This document shows positions 1-9,982 of a stretch of DNA of 64,000 nucleotides, in pieces. The stretch comes from Bacteroidia bacterium (GTDB lineage: Bacteria > Bacteroidota > Bacteroidia > M30B66): positions 1,184,001 to 1,248,000 of the forward strand of contig OZ257142.1 of assembly GCA_965279035.1 (NCBI GenBank). Direction: 5' to 3'. A program made the translations under genes and the position numbers. Under the pieces are notes generated by a model. The model saw only the letters and a list, made by a program, of their open reading frames with translations. It had not been told where the DNA came from and searched no databases. Within the stretch, counting starts at the first letter, position 1; each line of letters begins with the position of its first letter.

Positions 1-1619
1 CGTCGCTTCCGGTGATGGGTAATTCCAAATCGATGTGCTTCGTTTCTAAGAAATTGAATCAATTTAAGACTTTCGCTTTTCTTGTCAATATATAATGGTA
101 AAGGATCACCTGGGAAATAAATCTCCTCTAATCGTTTAGCAATACCTACTATACTGATTTTCCCTCTTAATCCAATTTTATCCAAAGCACCTAATGCAGC
201 TCCCAATTGACCCTTTCCTCCATCTACAATAATCAGTTGTGGAAGCGGCTCATTTTCTTCAAGCAAACGACTATAACGTCTTTCGATTACTTCAGCCATG
301 GTTGCAAAATCATCTGGGCCAACGACCGTTTTCACATTGAAGTGACGATAATCTTTTTTGCTTGGTCGTGCATCTTTAAAACATACCATCGCCGAAACAG
401 GATAAGCACCTTGGAAATTGGAATTATCAAAGCACTCAATATGTTTTGGTAAAACGGGCATGCGCAAATCTTTCTGTAGTTTCTCTAGAATTCGTTTAGT
501 GTGGCGTTCTGGATCAACCAACTCAATTTGTTTATTTTTCTCCCTCAGGTAATTCAATACATTGCGAGTACTCAAGTCGAGCAATTGCTTTTTATCACCG
601 CGTTGAGGTATCGTTATCGTCAAGAAATCATCTTCCAAATCGGGCATCATTGGAACGATGATTTCGCGAGCAGTACTATTAAATCGTTGTCGCATTTCAC
701 CAATGGCAATGCTGAGCAATTCTTCAGGAGCTTCGTCCAATCGCTTTTTCAATTCTATGGTATGTCCCTGAACAATGCTGCCTTCTATAACTTTCAGATA
801 ATTTACATAGGCAATCTTTTCATCTGAATGAATGGAGAAGACATCTACATTATGAATAGTTGAACTTACAATGGTCGATTTGCTTTTAAACTGCTCTAGT
901 AGTTCAAGTCTTTCTTTTAGTTCATGTGCCTGTTCAAACTCAAATTGGGCGGCATGTTTCATCATTTTCCCTCGAATGAGCTGAATTAATTCGCCCAAAT
1001 TCCCTTTCACCAATTGACGAATCTCCTGAATAGTTTGCATATAATCTTGCTCCGATTGATAGCCAACACAGGGTCCAAGACAATTTTTGATATGATATTC
1101 CAAACACACTTTGAATTTCCCGTTTTGAATAGCTACTGGTTCTAAAGCCAGATTGCAAGTTCGTCGGGTATATAATGCTTTAATGAAATCGAGCATCGTA
1201 CGCATCACCTTCACCGATGGATAAGGGCCATAATATTCCGATCCATCTTTTATCAACCTTCGAGTAGGGAAAACCCGAGGAAAGCGCTCTTTTTTAATGC
1301 AAATCCAAGGATAGGTCTTGTCATCTTTTAGCGCAACATTATAGCGTGGTTGATACTTCTTAATTAAGTTGTTTTCGAGCAGTAATGCATCCAGTTCTGT
1401 TTCAACAACAATGGTTTTAATATCGGCAATTTTCGAAACAAGAACTCGTGTTTTACCATTATCATGGTGATCTTTATTGAAATAAGAATACACCCGTTTC
1501 TTGAGACTTTTAGCCTTTCCTACATAGAGTATTTTTCCTTCAGAATCATAATACTGATACACTCCCGGTTTTTCCGGAAGTGTTTTCAATATACTTAGAA
1601 CATGCACACTTGCATCCAT
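1..1619 (-). CDS. uvrC: Excinuclease ABC subunit C (3' end runs off the window)
   Basis: Absent from the ORF track because it has no stop in the window. Translation by hand from ATG 1619 gives MDASVHVLSILKTLPEKPGVYQYYDSEGKILYVGKAKSLKKRVYSYF (GIY-YIG start), with downstream ECFDNS and GPDDF motifs. Confidence 0.96.
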   Translation of the reverse strand, partial: MDASVHVLSILKTLPEKPGVYQYYDSEGKILYVGKAKSLKKRVYSYFNKDHHDNGKTRVLVSKIADIKTIVVETELDALLLENNLIKKYQPRYNVALKDDKTYPWICIKKERFPRVFPTRRLIKDGSEYYGPYPSVKVMRTMLDFIKALYTRRTCNLALEPVAIQNGKFKVCLEYHIKNCLGPCVGYQSEQDYMQTIQEIRQLVKGNLGELIQLIRGKMMKHAAQFEFEQAHELKERLELLEQFKSKSTIVSSTIHNVDVFSIHSDEKIAYVNYLKVIEGSIVQGHTIELKKRLDEAPEELLSIAIGEMRQRFNSTAREIIVPMMPDLEDDFLTITIPQRGDKKQLLDLSTRNVLNYLREKNKQIELVDPERHTKRILEKLQKDLRMPVLPKHIECFDNSNFQGAYPVSAMVCFKDARPSKKDYRHFNVKTVVGPDDFATMAEVIERRYSRLLEENEPLPQLIIVDGGKGQLGAALGALDKIGLRGKISIVGIAKRLEEIYFPGDPLPLYIDKKSESLKLIQFLRNEAHRFGITHHRKR

Positions 1620-1677
1620 CTTTCTGCTTGTAATCCAACTAATTCAAGAGATTCAAACACCAAGCTTTCTACTTAGT

Positions 1678-3909
1678 TTACCGACGGTAACGATTTCGTT
1701 TCTTAGGTTCTTTTACAAATGCAGGCTGTGAAATTCTTCTCGGACGTTCATCCAAAAGCGAAAAATCCAATTGCTTTTTCACTAAATCGGCGCGCTTTAC
1801 GGTGATAGTTACTTCATCACCCAAACGATACCGTTTCTTATGATCTTTCCCTATAATGGAATAGCTTTCTTCATCAAAGAAATAATAATCATCAGGAATA
1901 TCACGTAGTCTGACCAAACCTTCACATTTATTCTCCAATATCTCCACAAAAATCCCCCATTCGGTAACACCCGAAATCACTCCTCTAAATTCCTCTCCAA
2001 CTTTATCTTTCAAGAACTCAACTTGCTTGTATTTTACTGAAGCCCGTTCTGCATCCGATGCACGTTTTTCTTGCTCAGATGAGTGTTTACATCGAATCTC
2101 CAACTCTGATTCAGGTTCCCAAATGCGGTTGTCCATATAGGCATCCAATAATCGATGAACCATTACATCCGGATAACGACGAATAGGGGAGGTAAAGTGC
2201 GTGTAAAACTTAAAGCCTAAACCATAATGACCAATATTTTTGGTTGTATAAATAGCCTTCGCCATGGTACGTATAGCGAGAGTTTCAATTACATTCGCTT
2301 CTCCTTTTCCTTTCACTTCTTTCATCAAATCATTCATTTGATGACTAATCTGAGCTTCCGATTGGAACTTGAATTTATACCCAAACTGAGCTACAAAACG
2401 AGAAAACTCCATCAACTTCTCTGGGTCTGGCTTATCATGAACGCGATATACAAATGGTTTTTTTGCAGTCGCACTTCGTTTGTCGTTTTCTTTTTTACCC
2501 ATTTGCGTAACGAATTCTGCCACACTACGATTCGCTAAAAGCATGAAATCTTCAATCAGTTCATTTGCTTCTTGTTGAACCTTGAAATAAACTCCAAGTG
2601 GCTTTCCATCTTTATCTAAACGGAACTTCACTTCAACTTTATCAAATGCAATAGAACCTCGCTGATAGCGACGATCTCGCATAATATGAGCTAATCTATT
2701 TAAGGTCAAAATTTCTTCTTTCAAATCTCCTTCACCCGTTTCAATTACTTTTTGTGCTTCTTCATAAGCAAAACGCCTAGTTGACCGAATGACTGTTCTA
2801 CCAAACCATTGATTTTGAACTTCTGCATCATCGTTTAATTCAAATACTGCAGAGTAAGTAAGTTTGTCTTCATCAGGTCTTAAGGAACAAACACCATTTG
2901 ATAAATGCTCCGGTAACATGGGTACAACACGATCAACCAAATAAACCGAGGTTGCACGTTTATAAGCTTCTTCTTCTAAAATGGAACCCGGTTTTACGAA
3001 ATACGAAACATCTGCGATGTGAACACCAACTTCCCAATTTCCATTCGGTAGTTTCTGAATCGATAAAGCATCATCAAAATCTTTGGCATCAGCAGGATCG
3101 ATTGTAAATGTGGTAATTCCTCTAAAATCACGGCGTTTTTTAATTTCCTTTTCTGGAATTTCGTTGGGAATTGCATTGGCAGCATCTTCCACTTCTTGCG
3201 GAAATTCATAAGGCAATTCAAAATCGAGCATGATTGCATGCATTTCGACATTATTATCTCCCGGTTTCCCTAAAACCTTGACAACCGAACCAAAAGGATT
3301 CTTAGCATGTTCGGGCCAGTCCATCATTTTCACCAGGACTTTATCTCCATCTTTTGCTCCATGTAACTCGCCAAGCGGAACAAAAATATCGATGGGCATT
3401 TTACTGCTATCAGGAACAACGAAAGCGAACTTGGCACTCATCTGCACAATTCCAACAAATTGCGTTTTGGAACGTTCGAGAATTTCAACAACTTCTCCTT
3501 CTAGTTTTTTCCCTTTTCGACGGGCAAATAGATGTACCCTTACTTTATCTCCATTTAAAGCATTAAGTAGGTAATTTTCTCTAACATATACATCTTCAGC
3601 GCTGTCGGGACTAATAATGTATCCTGCACCTCCAGTAGTTAATTGAACTGTACCATCAACAAAACTACTTCCCATACTGCTGTATCTGAATTTTCCAGGC
3701 TCAGGTTCATTCAATTGAGCATTTACCACTAAAGCTTCAAGAACTTCCATCACTTGTATTCTATCCAAAGGATCTGTTGCACCAATTCCAGCACATACAT
3801 CTTTATAATTGTGCATAGTGGTAGGCGCATCCTGAAAATACTTCAGAACATCATCGAGCAATAGTTTTACTAAGACCTTATCTTTCTGCTTTTTGTGTTT
3901 TTTCGCCAT
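1678..3909 (-). CDS. rnr: Ribonuclease R
   Basis: RNB motifs TIDPADAKDFDDALS, HIADVS and YTHFTSPIRRYPD, plus a C-terminal S1 domain. Start is probably ATG 3909 (MAKKHK); the ORF track extends to 3936. Confidence 0.96.
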   Translation of the reverse strand: MAKKHKKQKDKVLVKLLLDDVLKYFQDAPTTMHNYKDVCAGIGATDPLDRIQVMEVLEALVVNAQLNEPEPGKFRYSSMGSSFVDGTVQLTTGGAGYIISPDSAEDVYVRENYLLNALNGDKVRVHLFARRKGKKLEGEVVEILERSKTQFVGIVQMSAKFAFVVPDSSKMPIDIFVPLGELHGAKDGDKVLVKMMDWPEHAKNPFGSVVKVLGKPGDNNVEMHAIMLDFELPYEFPQEVEDAANAIPNEIPEKEIKKRRDFRGITTFTIDPADAKDFDDALSIQKLPNGNWEVGVHIADVSYFVKPGSILEEEAYKRATSVYLVDRVVPMLPEHLSNGVCSLRPDEDKLTYSAVFELNDDAEVQNQWFGRTVIRSTRRFAYEEAQKVIETGEGDLKEEILTLNRLAHIMRDRRYQRGSIAFDKVEVKFRLDKDGKPLGVYFKVQQEANELIEDFMLLANRSVAEFVTQMGKKENDKRSATAKKPFVYRVHDKPDPEKLMEFSRFVAQFGYKFKFQSEAQISHQMNDLMKEVKGKGEANVIETLAIRTMAKAIYTTKNIGHYGLGFKFYTHFTSPIRRYPDVMVHRLLDAYMDNRIWEPESELEIRCKHSSEQEKRASDAERASVKYKQVEFLKDKVGEEFRGVISGVTEWGIFVEILENKCEGLVRLRDIPDDYYFFDEESYSIIGKDHKKRYRLGDEVTITVKRADLVKKQLDFSLLDERPRRISQPAFVKEPKKRNRYRR

Positions 3910-4027
3910 GGTACGGGAATTTGGGTAAAAGTACACATTGCAGATGAGGAGTTTATCCTATCCGAAAAGAAGAATACACCGTTTTTCAACGAACAGATTT
4001 GTGCATCCCGAAAACGTAAACGAAAGA

Positions 4028-4429
4028 CTACAATAAATTGATAGTTAAGATATTGCCTGATCTTTTAACCGAATATTTACTTAAGCTTGTTTTCGCAGGT
4101 CCTTTTGTTGGATTCCCTGATAAATCGAATCGAGATCCATGAGCAGGACAAACTACAGCTGATTTTGATTCATCCCAGATCACTTTTTTACCCATGTGTG
4201 GACAAGCCGCCGATAATACAGTTGGCAATTCTTCACCCGTATTGATAATGATTAATTCATCATGAATGATGTATCCATTTTTGGAATTTAATGCAGCATG
4301 GATAGGATTGTTTAAATCAATTTCAACAGTTGAAGGTTTGGTAGTAGCTGTTTTAGTTGACGAACATGCTCCTGTACATAGTGCAACAGTGCCAAGTGCT
4401 AGTGTTTTTATAAAATCCTTCCTTTCCAT
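4028..4429 (-). CDS. Rieske (2Fe-2S) domain protein, probable exported lipoprotein
   Basis: CPHMG...CPAHGSRF Rieske ligands. N-terminus MERKDFIKTL (Tat-like) is followed by a hydrophobic stretch and GAC. Start refined to ATG 4429. Confidence 0.88.
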   Translation of the reverse strand: MERKDFIKTLALGTVALCTGACSSTKTATTKPSTVEIDLNNPIHAALNSKNGYIIHDELIIINTGEELPTVLSAACPHMGKKVIWDESKSAVVCPAHGSRFDLSGNPTKGPAKTSLSKYSVKRSGNILTINLL

Positions 4430-4472
4430 TATCCAATAAATTGAATGAAGTATTGCTTCAAATTGATTTCTA

Positions 4473-5210
4473 TTATCGAAGTTTTGGTTTGTGAACCAAA
4501 GGTGTTTTCGTGAATAAATAATAGAAAGCAACCTGAACTCCTATAATACCATTATGTGATGGAACTCGGCTTATAAGTTTTGTTGATGATGCTTCGATAT
4601 CTGAAAGTGAATAAGAAAAATTTAACATCGCATTCATATGCAAATGCTCAGTAAAACGGGCAATCATACCAATTCCTAATGCAGCTGATATATCTAAGCT
4701 ATTATAATTTTTAATGGCATCTTTAGTTGACATTATTGAATAGCTTGTGTCTTGGAAAGTTGTATCAATATTCAAATAAGTACTTGATGCTTTTTTTAAC
4801 ATCCCAAACTGCGGACCCACACATAACATAAAGGCTGTATTTCGTCCAGTTAAATCGGATGTATAACGATATTGAAATGGAATTTGAGTATAGGTGAATT
4901 TCGTTTCAAATTTTTGATTGGGGAATTTAGTGAAGCGATCATCTGTTGTGTAATTCTGACCTTGTTCTGACATGAAATATCCAACTCGTATCCCATGTCT
5001 TGGAGCAAAACCATAGCTTAAGTTTGCACCGTAACTCATACCATAAGTAGGCTTAACATCCAATTCTGGTCCTTTATCAAAGTCTGTTTGATTATAAATC
5101 CAAGTAGATTGATATTGGAAGGCAAGACCTAATTCAAATCCTTTTTGAGCCATTAGGAAATTTGAACAAAGTGTCAAAAGTAGTATTACCGTAAAAAGTT
5201 GAGATTTCAT
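4473..5210 (-). CDS. Outer-membrane beta-barrel protein (PorT-like/OMP beta-barrel family)
   Basis: Signal peptide ending in AQ, alternating amphipathic strands, the TYTQIPFQYRY and VGPQFG patterns typical of Bacteroidota 8-stranded barrels, and an aromatic final strand. Confidence 0.7.
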   Translation of the reverse strand: MKSQLFTVILLLTLCSNFLMAQKGFELGLAFQYQSTWIYNQTDFDKGPELDVKPTYGMSYGANLSYGFAPRHGIRVGYFMSEQGQNYTTDDRFTKFPNQKFETKFTYTQIPFQYRYTSDLTGRNTAFMLCVGPQFGMLKKASSTYLNIDTTFQDTSYSIMSTKDAIKNYNSLDISAALGIGMIARFTEHLHMNAMLNFSYSLSDIEASSTKLISRVPSHNGIIGVQVAFYYLFTKTPLVHKPKLR

Positions 5211-5321
5211 AAAGCAAGGGTTAATTTTTCAAAACTATTTAAAATCATTTAGATTTTATGTTTGTTGTTATTCCAATCTAGGTATTTTGCTAAAAAATAG
5301 CAAAATCAATTTTTTAAAAGC

Positions 5322-6974
5322 ATGGATGATTTCTCAGCCCTATCTCGACTAAAAATTCTAAAAGAGGCTCAAAATCAAGTGTTTGATCTAATTATAATAG
5401 GTGGAGGAATCACAGGAGCTGGTATAGCACTGGATGCTGCATCAAGAGGATTATCTGTGCTTTTGATTGAAAAAGTTGATTTTGCTTTTGGTACGAGTAG
5501 TCGTTCTACTAAATTAATTCATGGTGGTTTAAGGTATCTTAAGCAATTGGAATTTAATTTAGTTAGAGAAGTAGGGAAAGAAAGAACAATCTTATATCAA
5601 AATGCTAAGCATCTTGTTCGTCCTGAACCGATGTTATTACCTGTTATTGAAGGCGGATCATTAGGAAAAAAAACTACTTCAATCGCTTTATGGGTATATG
5701 AATGGCTAGCGGGAGTTAAAGCTTCAGAACGCCGAAAAATGTTGAGCAAAGACCAATGTTTGAAAAAGGAGCCTTTATTGAAATCAGATTTAGTTAAAGG
5801 GGGAGCTATTTATACCGAATATCGAACTGATGATGCGAGATTAACAATTACAGTTTGTAAAACCGCTATTCAATATGGGGCAAAGCTTATTAATCATGTT
5901 GAGGTGAAAGAAATCTTGAAAAAGGATGGAATCGTCAATGGTGTTAAAGCATATGATTCGATCGGGAAACAAGAATATTCATTTTTTTCTCACTGTATCG
6001 TGAATGCAGCAGGTCCTTGGGTTGATACAATTCGGAAGAGAGATGGTTCTCTTTCTGGGAAATCACTGCATTTAACCAAAGGAGTTCATTTAGTTTTTTC
6101 TTCAGAGCGATTGCCTATCAAACAGGCCGCTTACTTTGATAGCTCCGATGGGCGAATGATATTTGCAATACCACGAGGTGAAATCACTTATATAGGAACA
6201 ACCGATACCAATTATACAGGTGACATTAGTAATCCTGAAGTTTCAAAAGAAGATATAATTTACTTATTAGAAGCATGTAATCGAATTTTCCCTTCATGCA
6301 AACTCAGTCAAAAAGATATACAATCTTCATGGGCTGGATTAAGACCTTTAATTCATGAAGTTGGCAAAAATCCTTCTGAATTGTCTCGAAAAGATGAAAT
6401 TTTCATTTCGAATACAGGACTCATTTCAATTGCAGGCGGAAAACTCACAGGTTATCGAGTTATGGCCCAAAAAGTAACAAATACTGTTGTTGCATTAATG
6501 AATAAAGAAGGAAATCAACACTTTAAAAATTGCTTTACACGAACAATTCAATTGAATGGCGGTGAGTTTAATAGTGAAGAAGAAATTGTCGAGTACCATC
6601 ACAAAATCTTTGGAGAAGGAAAACAAGTAGGAATTAATTTTAAACACGTTTCGAATTGGGTAAGTCGTTATGGAAGGGAAGCTGAAATTATTTTAGAAAT
6701 AGCGTATACATTATGGCCTAAAGCAGACAATAAAAGTTTGATTCCAGATTTAGCTGAAATGTATTATTCCATCTATAATGAAATGTGTATTCATCCTTCC
6801 GATTATTTTATTCGAAGAACCGGTCAATTGTACTTTCATCTGATTGATTTAAAGCAAAATTTTGAAGAATTATATCCTTGGTTTGTGAAGTTTGCAGGTT
6901 TATCTCATGAACAGTCAATTCAATTTAAGACTGAGTTTTTATTGGAATTAGAAAGAGTAATTCATTTTGAATAA
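5322..6974 (+). CDS. glpD: FAD-dependent glycerol-3-phosphate dehydrogenase/oxidase
   Basis: IGGGITGAGIA FAD motif, GTSSRSTKLIHGGLRYL, WAGLRPL, GGKLTGYR. Confidence 0.93.
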   Translation: MDDFSALSRLKILKEAQNQVFDLIIIGGGITGAGIALDAASRGLSVLLIEKVDFAFGTSSRSTKLIHGGLRYLKQLEFNLVREVGKERTILYQNAKHLVRPEPMLLPVIEGGSLGKKTTSIALWVYEWLAGVKASERRKMLSKDQCLKKEPLLKSDLVKGGAIYTEYRTDDARLTITVCKTAIQYGAKLINHVEVKEILKKDGIVNGVKAYDSIGKQEYSFFSHCIVNAAGPWVDTIRKRDGSLSGKSLHLTKGVHLVFSSERLPIKQAAYFDSSDGRMIFAIPRGEITYIGTTDTNYTGDISNPEVSKEDIIYLLEACNRIFPSCKLSQKDIQSSWAGLRPLIHEVGKNPSELSRKDEIFISNTGLISIAGGKLTGYRVMAQKVTNTVVALMNKEGNQHFKNCFTRTIQLNGGEFNSEEEIVEYHHKIFGEGKQVGINFKHVSNWVSRYGREAEIILEIAYTLWPKADNKSLIPDLAEMYYSIYNEMCIHPSDYFIRRTGQLYFHLIDLKQNFEELYPWFVKFAGLSHEQSIQFKTEFLLELERVIHFE

Positions 6975-7013
6975 ATAAATCGGACTTAAATAGTTTATGG
7001 GTAATTTCGCGCC

Positions 7014-7913
7014 GTGGAATCGATACTATTAGCATTTTCAACCCCTTTTATGGTGGTTCTTATTTTGGCTGAAATGATTTATAGCCATTATCACCATAGA
7101 CAACTTTATACAACAGGTGACACTGTAGTTAATTTACTTTTTACAACTTGGAACTTTGTCAATGACTTGGTTTTCATGGGAGTTACAATAATTATTTTGA
7201 ATTGGGTAAATTCCTATGAAGTATTTACATTCAGTCATAAAGGAGTTATGTATTGGGTTTTGCTTTTTTTTCTTGAAGATTTGGCCTATTATACACTACA
7301 CTGTGCGGATCATTACATTCGGATTTTTTGGGCAACACATTCAACACATCATTCGAGTGAGAAGTATAATTTTACTGTAGCTATTCGATCATCAGTTTTT
7401 CAGCCCTTTTACCGCTTTTTATTTTTTATTCCGGTTGCTTTATTGGGATTTGATGCTGGAGATATCTTTTTTATGTATGCCGCAACTCAGGTATACGGAT
7501 TCTGGGTTCACACGGAGTTGATAGGTAAATTAAATCCCATTTTTGAATACATATTTGTGACGCCATCTCATCACCGTGTTCATCATGCTTCAAATCCAAA
7601 ATATTTAGATCGCAACATGGGAATGGTTCTTATTATTTGGGATAGAATTTTCGGAACATTCACGGAAGAAGATTTACGTGAACCTGTCAAATTTGGACTA
7701 ACTCAGAATGTCGGCTCCTATAATCCAATTAAAGTAGCCTTTTTTGAATGGAGAAATATGGTGATGGATTTAAAAAACGCACCTGATTTTAGAGCATGTA
7801 TCGGATATATTTTTGGTCCTCCAGGTTGGAGTCATGATGGATCAAAAAAGACAGCTAAGCAAATGAAAGAGGAGATTGAAATGCAACATTCTGTGCAGTA
7901 TCATACCAATTGA
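7014..7913 (+). CDS. Sterol desaturase / fatty acid hydroxylase family membrane di-iron enzyme (alkylglycerol monooxygenase-like)
   Basis: His boxes HCADH, HSTHHS, WVHTE and HHRVHH, IIWDRIFGTF, and multiple TM segments. Confidence 0.88.
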   Translation: MESILLAFSTPFMVVLILAEMIYSHYHHRQLYTTGDTVVNLLFTTWNFVNDLVFMGVTIIILNWVNSYEVFTFSHKGVMYWVLLFFLEDLAYYTLHCADHYIRIFWATHSTHHSSEKYNFTVAIRSSVFQPFYRFLFFIPVALLGFDAGDIFFMYAATQVYGFWVHTELIGKLNPIFEYIFVTPSHHRVHHASNPKYLDRNMGMVLIIWDRIFGTFTEEDLREPVKFGLTQNVGSYNPIKVAFFEWRNMVMDLKNAPDFRACIGYIFGPPGWSHDGSKKTAKQMKEEIEMQHSVQYHTN

Positions 7914-8054
7914 ATTGATAATTTTAAAAGATTTCAAAAAAAGACATCTGTTTAAATTGCTGATTTGTAAATGGATATGACTTTTTATTTGTAAGTTTTA
8001 CAATCTTTTTGTTATAAAAGTTAAACTGACTTGGATTTTGAAAAGATCTTTTAA

Positions 8055-8062
8055 TATCTTTG
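8055..8062 (+). promoter_or_regulatory. Bacteroidota sigma-A -7 element (TATCTTTG) for the PID-CTERM/exosortase pair
   Basis: Exact TAnnTTTG, with TTG at 8031-8033 about 21 nt upstream, lying 41 nt before ATG 8104. Confidence 0.6.
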
Positions 8063-8103
8063 TGAAGACTGAGATTGAACAACCAAACACACTCACACAC
8101 CAC

Positions 8104-8292
8104 ATGCTTAAGAACTTATTTACAACTACATGTATTCTTTTCGCCTCAGGCTTAATCAATACTATCATGGCTACTCCAACTCCTCCAGGCCCTACAATTA
8201 TTCCAATTGACGGAGGTGTTTCACTTTTACTAGCTGCTTGTGCTGGATACGGTGCGAAGAAAATTTACGATTCTCGCAAGGAAAAGAAATAA
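8104..8292 (+). CDS. Small (62 aa) secreted peptide with PID-CTERM-type sorting signal
   Basis: Signal peptide MLKNLF...TIMA, Pro-rich TPTPPGPTII, then PIDGG + hydrophobic helix + KKIYDSRKEKK. Lies directly upstream of an exosortase. Start refined from the 8038 ORF because the promoter motif lies inside that extension. Confidence 0.8.
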   Translation: MLKNLFTTTCILFASGLINTIMATPTPPGPTIIPIDGGVSLLLAACAGYGAKKIYDSRKEKK

Positions 8293-8322
8293 TTCTTTTT
8301 TACCGTATATCCTGAAATTGAA

Positions 8323-8883
8323 GTGAGTGGGTCAAAATCGATTAACATTTTCCTTGCGAAAATTTTCGGGTTTTATTTCTTTTGGTTAATATCAGATAAT
8401 TGGCTTTGTCATGTTTCTGGTATATACAATACTCTTTGGATGTATTGTTACCATATTTTGCTTCAAATTCTCAATAATTCAAGCGCTCTTTTGCTTCGTT
8501 TATTAGATTATGAAGTAGTTAATAATTATAGATCTGTTGCTATCGTAGGTTCCTATGGGGTTGTCATAGGTAATCATTGTGTGGGTTTCGGATTATTATT
8601 TGCTTTTTTTGCTCTTATTTTCTCTTATCCAGGACCTTGGAAAAGAAAGCTGTATTTTATTCCACTTGGATTAGCAGCTATCATGGTTACTAACATTATT
8701 CGTGTTGCTGCGTTATGCATTTCTTCCTTTAATAAAGGTGGTTTTGTAGATCTCAATCAACATGATATGTTTAACTATATCATTTACGCATTGATATTTA
8801 TTTTATGGGTAGTATGGATACGATTTATTATTCCAGACTATGATATCTTGAGCAATAGCGTCATTAAAAAAGCAAAAGAATAA
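8323..8883 (+). CDS. Exosortase/archaeosortase family transpeptidase (short Bacteroidota type)
   Basis: Multi-TM protein with the catalytic triad contexts IGNHCVG (Cys), TNIIRV (Arg) and NQHDMF (His). Confidence 0.85.
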   Translation: MSGSKSINIFLAKIFGFYFFWLISDNWLCHVSGIYNTLWMYCYHILLQILNNSSALLLRLLDYEVVNNYRSVAIVGSYGVVIGNHCVGFGLLFAFFALIFSYPGPWKRKLYFIPLGLAAIMVTNIIRVAALCISSFNKGGFVDLNQHDMFNYIIYALIFILWVVWIRFIIPDYDILSNSVIKKAKE

Positions 8884-8899
8884 TTACTATTTCCAAAAT

Positions 8900-9982
8900 C
8901 TATTCGCTAGTATCTTCTGTCAACTTAATTTTAGATTGATAATAATTCCCCCATTTCGAGAGTACTTCTTGAAAATCAGCAGGTAATTCAGAATCAAAGA
9001 AAACTTCCTTACCGCTTACAGGATGAATAAATCCAAGTGATTTTGCATGCAATGCCTGTCGTGGTATAGCATCAAAGCAATTTTGTATAAACTGCTTATA
9101 CGATTGAAATGTAGTTCCCTTTAATATTTTGTCTCCTCCATATGTATCATCATTAAAAAGAGGATGACCAATATATTTCATATGAACTCGAATTTGATGA
9201 GTTCTACCAGTTTCCAATCGACATTCAATGAGAGTTACATACCCAAATCGTTGTAATACAGTATAGTGTGTAACTGCATGTCTGCCTTGTGAGCCATCGG
9301 GATAAACTGTAAACAATTTCCTATTTCTATTATCCCGATCAATATGACCGGTTATAGTTCCTGTTTCAGCCTTTACATCTCCCCAGACTAAAGCTACATA
9401 CCTTCTTTTTGTTGTTCTATCAAAAAATTGTTTTGCCAAATGTGTCATGGCGAATTCGTTTTTTGCTAAAACCATGATTCCAGATGTGTTTTTATCTAAT
9501 CGATGCACTAATCCTGGACGAGGTTGTTTCTGCTGAAATAAAGGTAAATGTTGAAAATGATAAATAACGGCATTTATCAAAGTACCTGAATAGTTACCAA
9601 AACCCGGATGAACAACCATACCCGGTTGCTTATTAATCATAATCACATCATCATCTTCATATACTATATTCAAGGGAATATCTTCCCCTTTCAATTCCTT
9701 TTCACGAGGAGGATGAGCAAAAACTACTGTCACAATATCAAATGGCTTAACACGATAGTTCGACTTTACGATCTTACCATTCACTAATATATTTCCAGCA
9801 GCAGCTGCATTTTGTAAACGACTTCTCGAAGTGTGTTCTAATCGGTTTTGAAGAAACTTGTCAACCCTCAATAAAACTTGTCCTTTATCTGCTACTATGC
9901 GAACATGTTCGTAAAGTTCTTGGTCTTCGTCTTGTTCCCAGCTTAATTCTTCTTCCTCCGATTCAATAAATTCGTCGTTCAT
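8900..9982 (-). CDS. rluD: RluA-family 23S rRNA pseudouridine synthase (RluD-like)
   Basis: S4 domain (RVDKFL...SRSRLQ), GLVHRLDKNTSG, LETGRTHQIRVH. Confidence 0.9.
   Translation of the reverse strand: MNDEFIESEEEELSWEQDEDQELYEHVRIVADKGQVLLRVDKFLQNRLEHTSRSRLQNAAAAGNILVNGKIVKSNYRVKPFDIVTVVFAHPPREKELKGEDIPLNIVYEDDDVIMINKQPGMVVHPGFGNYSGTLINAVIYHFQHLPLFQQKQPRPGLVHRLDKNTSGIMVLAKNEFAMTHLAKQFFDRTTKRRYVALVWGDVKAETGTITGHIDRDNRNRKLFTVYPDGSQGRHAVTHYTVLQRFGYVTLIECRLETGRTHQIRVHMKYIGHPLFNDDTYGGDKILKGTTFQSYKQFIQNCFDAIPRQALHAKSLGFIHPVSGKEVFFDSELPADFQEVLSKWGNYYQSKIKLTEDTSE

Noticed and set aside
207-1158. Short ORFs 207-452, 501-827 and 940-1158
   Set aside because: They are antisense or out-of-frame shadows of uvrC, which the track missed because it has no stop in the window.
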